Positions 55,614-64,000 of a stretch of 64,000 bases of DNA are shown here, piece after piece. Position numbers and translations under genes: made by a program. Under the pieces are notes generated by a model, which ran no database searches, was not told where the DNA came from, and was given only the letters and a program-made list of their open reading frames with translations. Position 1 is the first letter of the stretch. Each line of letters begins with the position of its first letter. Origin of the DNA: Leptonemataceae bacterium (GTDB lineage: Bacteria > Spirochaetota > Leptospiria > Leptospirales > Leptonemataceae); assembly GCA_965227295.1 (NCBI GenBank), contig OZ245742.1, forward strand, positions 1,280,001 through 1,344,000, in the 5' to 3' direction.

Positions 55614-56198
55614 TCACGCCAGGGTGAGGGCCAGTGCTCCGGTTCTTCTTCCAGTAATTGTTCTTTCCGGATCGAGGCCGGCCTCGCGAAATTTCGTAAT
55701 CAGTGCGTCCAGTCCGGTCCGCATCAGCCGGTAGACTGTGGCCCGGGAAAGATCCAGCGAGGAGCAGATCTCCGGGAGTGAGCGCTGTTCCAGCAGTCGG
55801 AGCCGCAGAACCCGCCGGGTCCGCTCGGGCAGTTCGGGATCGGAAAGGGACTCCAGAAACAGCGTCCGAATTTGAGCCTGGGTCTCCTGCTCCTCCATAG
55901 AATCCGCGTCGCCCTGACGGCTATCCTCTATATCGATGGTGGCACGGGTTATCTCATTTTTTCTGCGATTGTGATGGCGGTAGTACTCATTTCGGGCCAT
56001 GCGCTTGAGGTAGTGCGCGGCCGTAGAGGCGAAGATTCGCTCCTTGCGGACCTCCTGGATGAACTTCAGGCACACGGTCTGCAACATGTCCGCCGCCGTT
56101 TCCTCGTCCCGGCTGAGGGCGCACAGGTAGCGGAAGAGCACGTCCTGCTCGCCCCGTAAAAAAGAGTCCAGTTCTGCGACGGTGAGATACTCGGCCAT
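55614..56198 (-). CDS. ECF-type RNA polymerase sigma factor
   Basis: Region 2 LFRY...A.D.LQ...YL.RMARN; region 4 LPER.R.VL.LR...EI...L.LSRATVYR. Confidence 0.82.
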   Translation of the reverse strand: MAEYLTVAELDSFLRGEQDVLFRYLCALSRDEETAADMLQTVCLKFIQEVRKERIFASTAAHYLKRMARNEYYRHHNRRKNEITRATIDIEDSRQGDADSMEEQETQAQIRTLFLESLSDPELPERTRRVLRLRLLEQRSLPEICSSLDLSRATVYRLMRTGLDALITKFREAGLDPERTITGRRTGALALTLA

Positions 56199-56367
56199 AC
56201 GCGGCGGCGTGCCAGCCCTGCTATCGGTATCCCCGGAACACGGAAGTGTCTCAGGGAAAAATCATGTAACCGCCCTGGAGGACGGTCGTCTCAAGTCCCA
56301 CAAGCGATACCATACAGGGTATATTATTCGCGATCGAAGCATCGCCCCTGTATGCGGGAGGTACAAC

Positions 56368-56682
56368 ATGGCACAGGCAACAACCGACGCAACCTTTCAA
56401 CAGGATGTCCTCGAAAGCGACGTCCCGGTCCTGGTGGACTTCTGGGCCGAGTGGTGCGGCCCCTGTCGAGTTCTGGGGCCCGTGATCGACAACGTCTCCC
56501 AGAAGACCGAAGGCCGTGCAAAAGTATTTAAGCTCAACGTGGACGAAAATCCGGAGACGGCTCAGAGATTCGGCATCACCGCCATCCCCACGGTCCTCGT
56601 CTTCAAAGACGGCAAGCTGGATCAGTCCATCGTCGGTGTTCGTCCGGAACCGGCGTATCTGACGGCACTCAGCGCGGCTTAA
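56368..56682 (+). CDS. trxA: Thioredoxin
   Basis: VLVDFWAEWCGPC; GGAGG RBS before ATG 56368. Confidence 0.95.
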   Translation: MAQATTDATFQQDVLESDVPVLVDFWAEWCGPCRVLGPVIDNVSQKTEGRAKVFKLNVDENPETAQRFGITAIPTVLVFKDGKLDQSIVGVRPEPAYLTALSAA

Positions 56683-57691
56683 CCTGGATTTCTAACGTAA
56701 AATCACCGGATGTTACGCCCTTCGGTGCGGCGACTCCGATGAGAATATTGTAACCGTTGCGGATGGCCATGAATTTCACGGACTCCGCTTTGCCGGGTTG
56801 CGGATTGCGGTAATCCAGGGACGCTTCGCAGACGGCACTGTGGATCTCCGGCGGCACGGTGGTGGTATCGTTGGAACCGAGGCGCACGGCGTAGAGGGAG
56901 AGATCCAGGGACGGATCCTTCGGCACGGCCCTTATTTCGATGCTGCTGTTCGGCGGCAGTTGGGTGCGAAACAGGACATGGTGGCCGCGGAACTTCTCGA
57001 ACTGCGTCGCCGGGAAGCAGGCAACCTGGGAGCTATCCGCCCAACCGCGCAGGGGGATCGCCTGGCCGTTGCCGAGATTGCCCTGTACACGAACGGTATC
57101 GCCCGTTTTGCTCGCGACTTCCGTAACCTGGACCGGTCCGCTCAGTTCCGGCTCCTCCTCGCGAGTCTTTAGTTCTATCGTTAGCTGGAAGCGGCCGGAG
57201 ATAGTGCCGGCGGGGCTCGAAACCCCGATGAGCACGTTGTAGGGATTCCGGATGGCGTTCAGCCGAACCTGCTGTTCTTTTCCCGGATTCGGGCGGCCGA
57301 AGTTGTAGGAAGCCTCACACGAGACGGCGCTGCTGACGTCCGGCGGTAGATTGTAGCTGTTCGTTCCGATGGCATAGGCGAAGAGGTTTAGATCCACGCC
57401 GGCTTGAGGCTTCGCCGTGATGTTCATGATCGAGTAGGGTGGGATCTTCACGGCGTAGTAGACCGTGTGGCCACGGAAGCTCTCGAATTGCGTCGCGGGG
57501 AAACACGCCATGGAACTCCGCGCGGCCCAGCTCAGATCACCGATGGGCGCTCCTTTATTGAAGAAACCCGTTACTTGCGCAGTGCTGTTGGGCTCAATTT
57601 CGATCAATTCGACGCCGGAAGGCCAGCCGGACTCCGCCAGGAGCGGCAGGGCGGCCGAGAGGGTCAGGATGGCTGCGATTCGTGCGTACAT
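56669..57691 (-). CDS. Secreted protein made of two tandem homologous domains
   Basis: Signal peptide; WA.(R/S)S..ACFPATQFE.FRGH and AIRN.YN.LIGV occur twice. Confidence 0.75.
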   Translation of the reverse strand: MYARIAAILTLSAALPLLAESGWPSGVELIEIEPNSTAQVTGFFNKGAPIGDLSWAARSSMACFPATQFESFRGHTVYYAVKIPPYSIMNITAKPQAGVDLNLFAYAIGTNSYNLPPDVSSAVSCEASYNFGRPNPGKEQQVRLNAIRNPYNVLIGVSSPAGTISGRFQLTIELKTREEEPELSGPVQVTEVASKTGDTVRVQGNLGNGQAIPLRGWADSSQVACFPATQFEKFRGHHVLFRTQLPPNSSIEIRAVPKDPSLDLSLYAVRLGSNDTTTVPPEIHSAVCEASLDYRNPQPGKAESVKFMAIRNGYNILIGVAAPKGVTSGDFTLEIQVKPR

Positions 57692-58147
57692 GGGCGTGCC
57701 TCGTGCGGTAATTCTGAGACGTAAGGATGCTCTTCCGGGATCATCTGAATAGCAAAAATCCCTCCGTTGACGAGTTTGTGCCTGAAAGAGTTCCTACATT
57801 GCTGGATGATTGCACCAAAAATATGCAGGGATTAACTCCAGGCACCCCCAAGCAGGCCGGAAAGCCATTCTTTGGTGCGTGAACGCTGTTTGATAAAAGA
57901 TCCGCTGGATGCGTCGGCCCGGCGTTATTGATACTTTGGCGGTATAGCGGTTTAGATTCATCAAACCTTCCTGTAATGGTAATTAGCGACGTTCAGTTGC
58001 TTCGCCGTGATCTTCTATAATAAGCCACGCCTCGGGGTGTACGCGCCAATTTTCTATTGCATTTACGTGACTTTGCTCCGGGTGGCACGCGACTTGCGAT
58101 AGCAGAATCATACAAACACAACACAGAGTTAATCCAAAAAGAGGTTC

Positions 58148-59104
58148 ATGATGAAAAAGCTGATTACAATTTTGATTTCGTTCCTGGTCACCGGCGCGGT
58201 GTACGCCGGTGGCTCGGGTTCTTCTTCCGGTCCGCTGTCCAACAGCAACCCGATCGTCCTCGGACACGGTATTCTTGGTTTCGATGATTCCGACGGCCTG
58301 CTCTTCGGCATCCTCCAGTACTGGGGCGACGTAGACGAGTATCTGCGCGACCAGGGCGCTCCGGTTCTTACCACCGGTAAAACCGCGGTTCAGGGCCTGA
58401 ACGTTCGCGCGAAACAACAGGCCGACCAGATTGCCTACTGGATGGCCGCGAACGGTTACAATAAGGTCAATTACTTCGGTCACTCCCAGGGCGGCCTCGA
58501 CGGGCGTTACATGATCACCAACTCTACCTGCGGCAACACGCAGCAGGGTTACAGCATCTGCATGCGCAACGCAGTTCGAGTATTCACGTCCATCAACACG
58601 CCGCACCGCGGCAGCCCGGTGGCTGACGTCGTGCTCAATGTTATCCCGGGCTGGCTGCAGCCTTTTGCGGCCGCGGTCCTCAACACCTTCGCAGCGCTGA
58701 TCTACTCGGACAGCCAGCAAGATCTGCTCGCCATGGCCGACTCGCTTACCGTTGCTGCCGCGAACGCTTTCAACAGCAACACGCCGAACGTATCCGGTGT
58801 GAAATACTACAGCTACGGCTCGAAAATCAACGTTCCGGACCTGATTCAGCACCCGCTGATGGGCATTACGTATCCGGCAACCTGGGCCGGCGGTCTGTTC
58901 TACGGACAGGGCGGCGCCAACGACGGTATCGTTCCGCACTCCTCGCAGAAGTGGGGAACCTGGAAAGGCGGACCGAGCATCCCGTGGACGGCCACCGGTG
59001 TCGACCACCTGCAGGCTACGAACTTCCAGTTCACCGGCCAACTGTGGTACGATGTTGACGGTTACTACCTGAAGATGGCGAAGAACGCCATGAACAACCA
59101 GTAA
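58148..59104 (+). CDS. Secreted triacylglycerol lipase (alpha/beta hydrolase)
   Basis: PIVLGHG, GHSQGG nucleophile elbow, TPHRGSPVAD, NDGIV, DHL. Confidence 0.9.
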   Translation: MMKKLITILISFLVTGAVYAGGSGSSSGPLSNSNPIVLGHGILGFDDSDGLLFGILQYWGDVDEYLRDQGAPVLTTGKTAVQGLNVRAKQQADQIAYWMAANGYNKVNYFGHSQGGLDGRYMITNSTCGNTQQGYSICMRNAVRVFTSINTPHRGSPVADVVLNVIPGWLQPFAAAVLNTFAALIYSDSQQDLLAMADSLTVAAANAFNSNTPNVSGVKYYSYGSKINVPDLIQHPLMGITYPATWAGGLFYGQGGANDGIVPHSSQKWGTWKGGPSIPWTATGVDHLQATNFQFTGQLWYDVDGYYLKMAKNAMNNQ

Positions 59105-59125
59105 TCTCCGATTACTACCAGTTAC

Positions 59126-59159
59126 GAAACCCGCGGTCTCTTCGGAGTCGCGGGCTTCC
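59126..59159 (+). terminator. Hairpin downstream of the lipase, possible terminator
   Basis: CCCGCGGTCTC-TTCG-GAGTCGCGGG stem with UUCG loop; weak U-tail. Confidence 0.5.
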
Positions 59160-59199
59160 TGCGTACACCCGCTTGAGTTATGAGCAGCGTATCGAAGAT

Positions 59200-59688
59200 T
59201 CGCAAGCAACGCTTCGAGACTTGAGTCGCAAGCCCGCGTCCGGGTCGAGGCGGACCATCTTAACAAAACGACATACCACAACTCCCGCTCAGCCGTAGCC
59301 AAAAAAACCTTCATCATTCCGCGACTCACTTCATGTTTCTCACGGCAATCGCAACGAACCGCAGCTCTTGAGCTACCGGAAACGCGCGGGTTGTTCGCAC
59401 ACGCGCCGAATCGTGGTGTAAGTGAAGGCCAGTGTACATTAAGACTTTTATGGGTACGGCTGGTTCCAGCTCACGTGCGGAGGTCATGCCGGGGAAATGT
59501 GGGGTGCGCACCGGAACGGCGTCTTCGTCGCAAGAAACGTGACGGGAGCCGAGTCGCAAACCAGCGGCCGGGCCGAAGCTAACATTCTTAACAAAACGAC
59601 ATACCGCAACTCCCGCTCAGCCGTGGCCATATAAACCCCTTCACGATTCGACGACTTACCCCATGATTCTCGCAGGCAACGCCGCGAA
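59200..59688. repeat. About 1.5 tandem units of the same ~330-bp repeat as 3136-3812, inverted
   Basis: GGCCAGTGTACATTAAGACTTTTATGGG at 59427 (reverse complement of the core); TAACAAAACGACATACC at 59261 and 59589 (period 328). Confidence 0.9.
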
Positions 59689-61344
59689 TCACTGCTTTTC
59701 AGATTCTTTCCGTTTTGATAGCCGTAAGTCCTGGCGCAGAGCGCGCACCAGGCCCCAGCAAATCAAGACCAGGATGATGGTCAGAGGCAGCGCCGTGGTG
59801 ATCGAGGCGGTCTGTAACGCCTCCAATGCTTTCGTGCCGCCCGTGTACAGCAACGTGGCAGCCACGCCCCCTTCGAGCAGGGCCCAGAAGATACGTTGAC
59901 TCACAGGCGGATCGTGATGACCGCCGGCGGTGATGATGTCGATGACCAGAGAGCCCGAGTCCGACGATGTGATGAAGTACGACGCCACGACAAAGGTGCC
60001 CAGTAACGATGCCAGGGAGATGAAGACGTCGTTGACCGGCAGGCGTTCCAGCATGAGATAGAGTGCGCGCGGGACGTTGTTAGTGTAATCCTCGTATAGA
60101 ATTGCGGCGATGGCGTTGTCGTGAAAGACGGCAGTGCTTTCGGCGTTCGCAATCACGGCGTCCGACGGCATTCCCGGAGCGGTCTCACTCACCGCGGAAA
60201 TGACGCCGCCTTCGAAAAGATCCATGTGGATGGCCGTGTTGCCGAATACGGAGAGCCAGAAAAACGTCAGGAGCGTCGGCGCTAATAGCACTCCCAGGAC
60301 GAACTCGCGGATGGTGCGGCCCCTGGAAATGCGCGCGATGAAGATGCCCACGAAGGGCGACCAGGAAATCCACCAGGCCCAATAGAAGATCGTCCAGCTC
60401 TTTTGCCAGTTACTGTCCTGATAGGCCGCATTCCAGAACGTGGACGTAATGAGGCGCTGCGTGTAGTCGCCGGTGTTTTGTACGAAGGACTTTAACAGAA
60501 AGATGGTCGGGCCGGCGAGAAAAACAAAGAGCAGCAAAATCGTACCCAGCGCGATGTTCATGTTGGAGAGCCAGAGGATGCCGCGCTCCAGGCCGGACAC
60601 CACGGAGATTGTGGCCGCGAACGTAATGATCGCAATCAGTAACAACTGATTCTCTAAACTTAGATCCAGAACGCCGATGTAGTGCAGGCCGGCGTTCACC
60701 TGCATCACGCCCAGGCCCAGCGAAGTGGCGATGCCGAAGAGCGTGCCCAGCACCGCGAAAGTATCGATGACATCTCCGATGAGTCCGTGGATGCGCTCGC
60801 CGAAGATCGGCTCCAGCGCGGAACGAATGGAGAGCGGTTTGTTTTTGCGATGCGTGAAGTATGCCAGCGCGAGACCGATGACGATGTAGATGCCCCAGGC
60901 GTGAAGGCCCCAGTGAAAGAACGTGAACTGCATGGCATCCCGCGCGGCCTCCACGGTGCCCGGTTCGCTGAACGGCGGATTCGCAAAGTGCGTCACCGGT
61001 TCGGCGACGGACCAGAAGATCAGACCGATTCCCATGCCCGCGCTGAAGAGCATGGCGAACCAGGAAAGCCGGCTGAAATCGGGCTTTGCGTCGTCCGGCC
61101 CGAGGCGAATGCGACCGTAGGGACTGAAGTACAGCCAGATCGAAAAGAACAGGAATCCGCCGACTGCGAGAATGTAGAACCAGCCGAGATAAGTGGCAAG
61201 GCCGTCCTGGACCAGGCCGGCGATGTCCCCGGTTTGCTCGGGAAAGGCGACGCCGAAAAAGAGGAAGAGAGCGATGAGTCCGGCGGAAACGGGAAAGACG
61301 AAAACGTTGAAGTGCAGTCCGTAACGGTTGAATATTTTTTGCAT
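59689..61344 (-). CDS. BCCT-family (betaine/choline/carnitine) transporter
   Basis: SWFAMLFSAGMGIG, FFHWGLHAW, WTIFYWAWWISWSPFVG.FIARISRGRTIREF; start trimmed to ATG 61344. Confidence 0.93.
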   Translation of the reverse strand: MQKIFNRYGLHFNVFVFPVSAGLIALFLFFGVAFPEQTGDIAGLVQDGLATYLGWFYILAVGGFLFFSIWLYFSPYGRIRLGPDDAKPDFSRLSWFAMLFSAGMGIGLIFWSVAEPVTHFANPPFSEPGTVEAARDAMQFTFFHWGLHAWGIYIVIGLALAYFTHRKNKPLSIRSALEPIFGERIHGLIGDVIDTFAVLGTLFGIATSLGLGVMQVNAGLHYIGVLDLSLENQLLLIAIITFAATISVVSGLERGILWLSNMNIALGTILLLFVFLAGPTIFLLKSFVQNTGDYTQRLITSTFWNAAYQDSNWQKSWTIFYWAWWISWSPFVGIFIARISRGRTIREFVLGVLLAPTLLTFFWLSVFGNTAIHMDLFEGGVISAVSETAPGMPSDAVIANAESTAVFHDNAIAAILYEDYTNNVPRALYLMLERLPVNDVFISLASLLGTFVVASYFITSSDSGSLVIDIITAGGHHDPPVSQRIFWALLEGGVAATLLYTGGTKALEALQTASITTALPLTIILVLICWGLVRALRQDLRLSKRKESEKQ

Positions 61345-61437
61345 AGTGCTATCAGGAAGGAGAAGATCGGAGAGTCCCTGCCAGCGTGACGGAATTCGGG
61401 TAAGCGTCAAGGAGTTCGGCAAAGAGCGGTTTTTCGC

Positions 61438-61764
61438 TCAGCCGAGGATGTCGAGGAACATGCCCTGGTTCACCTGTTCGCGAGAACGGAAGACGCGCTC
61501 GGAGTAGGCATCGGGGCCGGATTCGTTGTCACGGATGCGTTGGAGATCGCGGCGAAACTCGGCGGCTTCGGCGGAGCGATCCCGTGCTACGCGGGCGTTT
61601 TCGACGGTGGCATCCCGCGGCATGCTGAGGCGCGATGGTTCCACGCCGCCGCGAACCGCGGTTACGGGATCGACGGCGCGGTTGTTGTAGTGCTGCACGG
61701 GATAGGCGTAATGCCCCTGTACTCGCGAGGCGTTAAAGGAGCCGCTTTCGATGCCGCCGATCAT
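61438..61764 (-). CDS. Small hypothetical protein, candidate sigma-28-regulated motility protein
   Basis: ATG 61764; ends QGMFLDILG; consensus sigma-28 promoter immediately upstream. Confidence 0.55.
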   Translation of the reverse strand: MIGGIESGSFNASRVQGHYAYPVQHYNNRAVDPVTAVRGGVEPSRLSMPRDATVENARVARDRSAEAAEFRRDLQRIRDNESGPDAYSERVFRSREQVNQGMFLDILG

Positions 61765-61774
61765 GGTGTATTGA

Positions 61775-61801
61775 TTATCGGAATTTGGGCGGCGGGCTTT
61801 A
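61775..61801 (-). promoter_or_regulatory. Sigma-28 (FliA) consensus promoter
   Basis: Minus strand TAAA-GCCCGCCGCCCAAAT-TCCGATAA (TAAA-N15-xCCGATAA). Confidence 0.7.
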
Positions 61802-61837
61802 GATGCTTCGGGGCGTTTTTGCCGGGGATCTTCTGGC

Positions 61838-61869
61838 CACAGAGGCACAGAGGCACAGAGGCACAGAGA
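61838..61869. repeat. Short tandem repeat (CACAGAGG)x3 + CACAGAGA
   Basis: Read directly: cacagagg cacagagg cacagagg cacagaga, intergenic. Confidence 0.85.
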
Positions 61870-61963
61870 GCAGGCGTGGGATGGGCGGTGGTCAGATGAT
61901 GTGCGGCGTTGGGTGTCGGGTTCGTTCTATTCTGGATCGGCGGGCCATGGTAGTCTGCTTGTT

Positions 61964-62371
61964 ATGAACGATTCGATTTCTCTTAAGATTTACGTTGCGC
62001 TGGCCGGGCTGATCGCTCTCGCGATCGGCGGAATGATTCTCCTCGCGCCGACGCAGTTCTATGCTACGAACGGCATCGTCCTCGGTAGTGACGCGAGCTT
62101 GTTGAACGAGATCCGTGCGTCCGGTGGTTTGCTCGTCGGTGCGGCGGGATTGATTTTGGCCGGCCTGGTGTATGCGGAACTGCGGTTTGTGGCGGTACTG
62201 CTCGCGACGGTGTTGTATCTGGCATACGGTTTGGCGCGGTTGATCGGATTCGCGATGGATGGCCTGCCGGCGGACGGATTGGTGACGGCGACAGTGATCG
62301 AGTTGGTGTTGGGGGGAGTCGGAGTGGCTGTGATGATTCGCGGGTACTGGATCAATTCTTCGGACTATTGA
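61964..62371 (+). CDS. DUF4345-like small membrane protein
   Basis: Four TMs; LLNEIRASGG, YGLARLIG..MDGLP, E in last helix; start ATG 61964. Confidence 0.7.
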   Translation: MNDSISLKIYVALAGLIALAIGGMILLAPTQFYATNGIVLGSDASLLNEIRASGGLLVGAAGLILAGLVYAELRFVAVLLATVLYLAYGLARLIGFAMDGLPADGLVTATVIELVLGGVGVAVMIRGYWINSSDY

Positions 62372-62387
62372 CCATCTCACGCAATTT

Positions 62388-62678
62388 TTGTTGCAGGGCG
62401 ACGACCGGCCGGGGATTATTCAGCCATGTCTCCGAACCTCAGCCCGGCCAATCGAGATCGCGCACAAGTATGAGTATCTGGCGTTTACGTACAAGGTGCA
62501 CCGCCTGGGGATTCCCGATCTGCTGGGACGCCAGTGGCTGGAGCTGTGGATTCGCAGCCTCGCCATGACCGAAGAATTTCACGACGTCCACAATTCGTAC
62601 GAAGGTTACTATCCTGAGTTCGAAGCTTTCGTGGACGATCTGCTCAAGAGTACGCCGGCGGCACTTAACGTTCCGTAA
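62388..62678 (+). CDS. Hypothetical protein
   Basis: 96-aa ORF filling the gap; start uncertain. Confidence 0.35.
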   Translation: MLQGDDRPGIIQPCLRTSARPIEIAHKYEYLAFTYKVHRLGIPDLLGRQWLELWIRSLAMTEEFHDVHNSYEGYYPEFEAFVDDLLKSTPAALNVP

Positions 62679-63759
62679 ACATCTCTTTGATCACCGCTTC
62701 CGCCATCTTATCTTTCATCAAGAACCCGCGCTTATACGCTCGCCCTTCGTAACTGTCGAGCGTCGTCGCGTACTTCCAGATCCACACGCCGGCCGGTGCG
62801 CCGGCCCGCGTGAAGGCCTCACGCATGGCACGATATGCAAAAGCCTGGAGTTCCTGGTCCGCGGCGTATTCGGGGTTCGGCCACGCATGCGGCATGCGTA
62901 CGGCATGATCGTGGGAGGGAAAACCGAGTTCGGTGAGCAGCACCGGCCGGTTCAACGAACGCGCGTGCGCGTAGTGCTCACGGAGCTTCGCCGCGTAGTG
63001 ATCGGCGAGTTCGTCGAGGGAAGGATCGCCGTGTTGGTCGACGTCGTAGCGATAGTAGAAATCGAGGCCGATGTAGTCGAGGTCTTCCCAGAACTCGATG
63101 TTCTTCGCGTTCCAGGCCTCGCAGGCATACGTAAGTTTGCCTGAGTAGATCTTACGGACCTTTGCGATCAGCGTGCGCCAGTGTTTTGTTTCCCGGGAGA
63201 GTGCCACCAGTTCGGTGCCCACCGCGAAGACCTCCGCGCCGCCAGCTTCCGCGATGCGCGCCTGCTCCAGCAGAAAGGTTGCGTATGCCGCGAACCAGCG
63301 GTCCAGGTCGGCCGGATCCTCGAAGCGGATCTTGCTGCGCCACTGCTGCGCCGCGTCGTTGGTCCAGCCGCCCACCCATACGTGGGGTTTCAGCAGGACC
63401 GTGAAGCCGGCCGCCTTCGCCGCGGCGATTTCTTGCGCGAGATCCGCCGTTGTGAGCGTGGGATCGTTCCACTGGAGGTCCGTGCTGTGATTGCCCTCCT
63501 GGTATGCGAACGTATTGAACTGGACGCTGTCGTAGCCGGCGGCTTTCAGGTGTTTGTAGAGACCGCTGGTGGCATTGTGGCCGTATCCGGAGCCGCGGCG
63601 ATGGACGTGGGCAATCGCCGCGCCGCGAAATTCCAGGGCTTTGCCGGGAGGCGCGGTGTAGCTTTCTTGTTCCGGCGGCCGACAGAGTACGAGCCCCAGG
63701 CCCGAGATGGACAGTATGAGTAACATTCCCCGAATAAAACTTATGCGATTGTTGCTCAT
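62665..63759 (-). CDS. Glycoside hydrolase family 113-like TIM-barrel protein
   Basis: VLLKPHVW, FAVGTEL, GKLTYA, LDYIGLDFYY, VLLTELGFPS; start either ATG 63759 or ATG 63726. Confidence 0.75.
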   Translation of the reverse strand: MSNNRISFIRGMLLILSISGLGLVLCRPPEQESYTAPPGKALEFRGAAIAHVHRRGSGYGHNATSGLYKHLKAAGYDSVQFNTFAYQEGNHSTDLQWNDPTLTTADLAQEIAAAKAAGFTVLLKPHVWVGGWTNDAAQQWRSKIRFEDPADLDRWFAAYATFLLEQARIAEAGGAEVFAVGTELVALSRETKHWRTLIAKVRKIYSGKLTYACEAWNAKNIEFWEDLDYIGLDFYYRYDVDQHGDPSLDELADHYAAKLREHYAHARSLNRPVLLTELGFPSHDHAVRMPHAWPNPEYAADQELQAFAYRAMREAFTRAGAPAGVWIWKYATTLDSYEGRAYKRGFLMKDKMAEAVIKEMFTER

Positions 63760-64000
63760 ATCGTTACTGCTTGCCGCCCCGGGTTGCGGCAGGGCCTGGG
63801 AGCGCGACAACGGCGTGCCCCTGGATCGGGCGGACCTTCCGCTTTCGCTGGAACCGTTGCAGAGCGGCAGTCCGATCTGGGTGATCCAGGATTACAACTA
63901 CTTCCAGACGAATTCCGTGATGTTCGTCCATCCGGACGGCGCGTGGTTCTTCGACGCCGGCTGGACCTACAAGTCCGCGCGGCAAATTCTCTGGAAAGCC
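63743..64000 (+). CDS. Lipoprotein, probable MBL-fold hydrolase, 5' part (runs off the window)
   Basis: Translated by hand: MRLLLISLLLAAPGC...IWVIQDYNYFQTNSVMFVHPDGAWFFDAGWTYKSARQILWKA; not in ORF track. Confidence 0.55.
   Translation, partial: MRLLLISLLLAAPGCGRAWERDNGVPLDRADLPLSLEPLQSGSPIWVIQDYNYFQTNSVMFVHPDGAWFFDAGWTYKSARQILWKA

Noticed and set aside
1-64000. tRNA, rRNA or transposase genes
   Set aside because: None recognised by eye; tRNAscan-SE, Infernal and ISEScan would be needed to exclude them formally.

Overview
High-GC bacterial chromosomal window, most likely from a spirochaete of the Leptospirales/Leptospiraceae. This is inferred from the flgK-flgL-fliW-csrA operon, a LipL46-like lipoprotein and many spirochaetal-type lipoproteins. 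Housekeeping and ordinary genes include valS, purD, trxA, flgN, a DabA/DabB inorganic-carbon pump, a BCCT transporter, a lipase, a GH113, a PhzF/aminotransferase/MocR unit, an ECF sigma-FecR cassette and two PIN-type toxin-antitoxin pairs. The standout is an apparently undescribed RiPP-like biosynthetic cluster at about 23.7-37.6 kb. Its centre is a 50-aa ORF missing from the ORF track (29433..29585, MKNEKKKYESPSLESRNGGKDYAAPTFERHNPLNEVSATYYYTYYYYYYY), which has a duplicated YxxPx(L/F) RRE-type leader motif and a poly-tyrosine core. It is flanked by a PqqD/RRE, an HprK-like kinase, a radical SAM/SPASM enzyme, an ABC exporter, a B12-radical SAM enzyme and an MBL-fold enzyme. Nearby are an O-antigen-ligase-like protein, a methyltransferase and an S26-peptidase/nucleotidyltransferase fusion. 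Other notable items are a three-gene island encoding a stand-alone colicin-E3-like rRNase, a small partner and an ImmA/IrrE metallopeptidase; a dispersed ~330-bp tandem repeat family with an invariant 28-bp core at two loci; and sigma-28-like promoters, one of which points to an unknown small gene. All family assignments come from motifs recognised by eye; no database searches were run.
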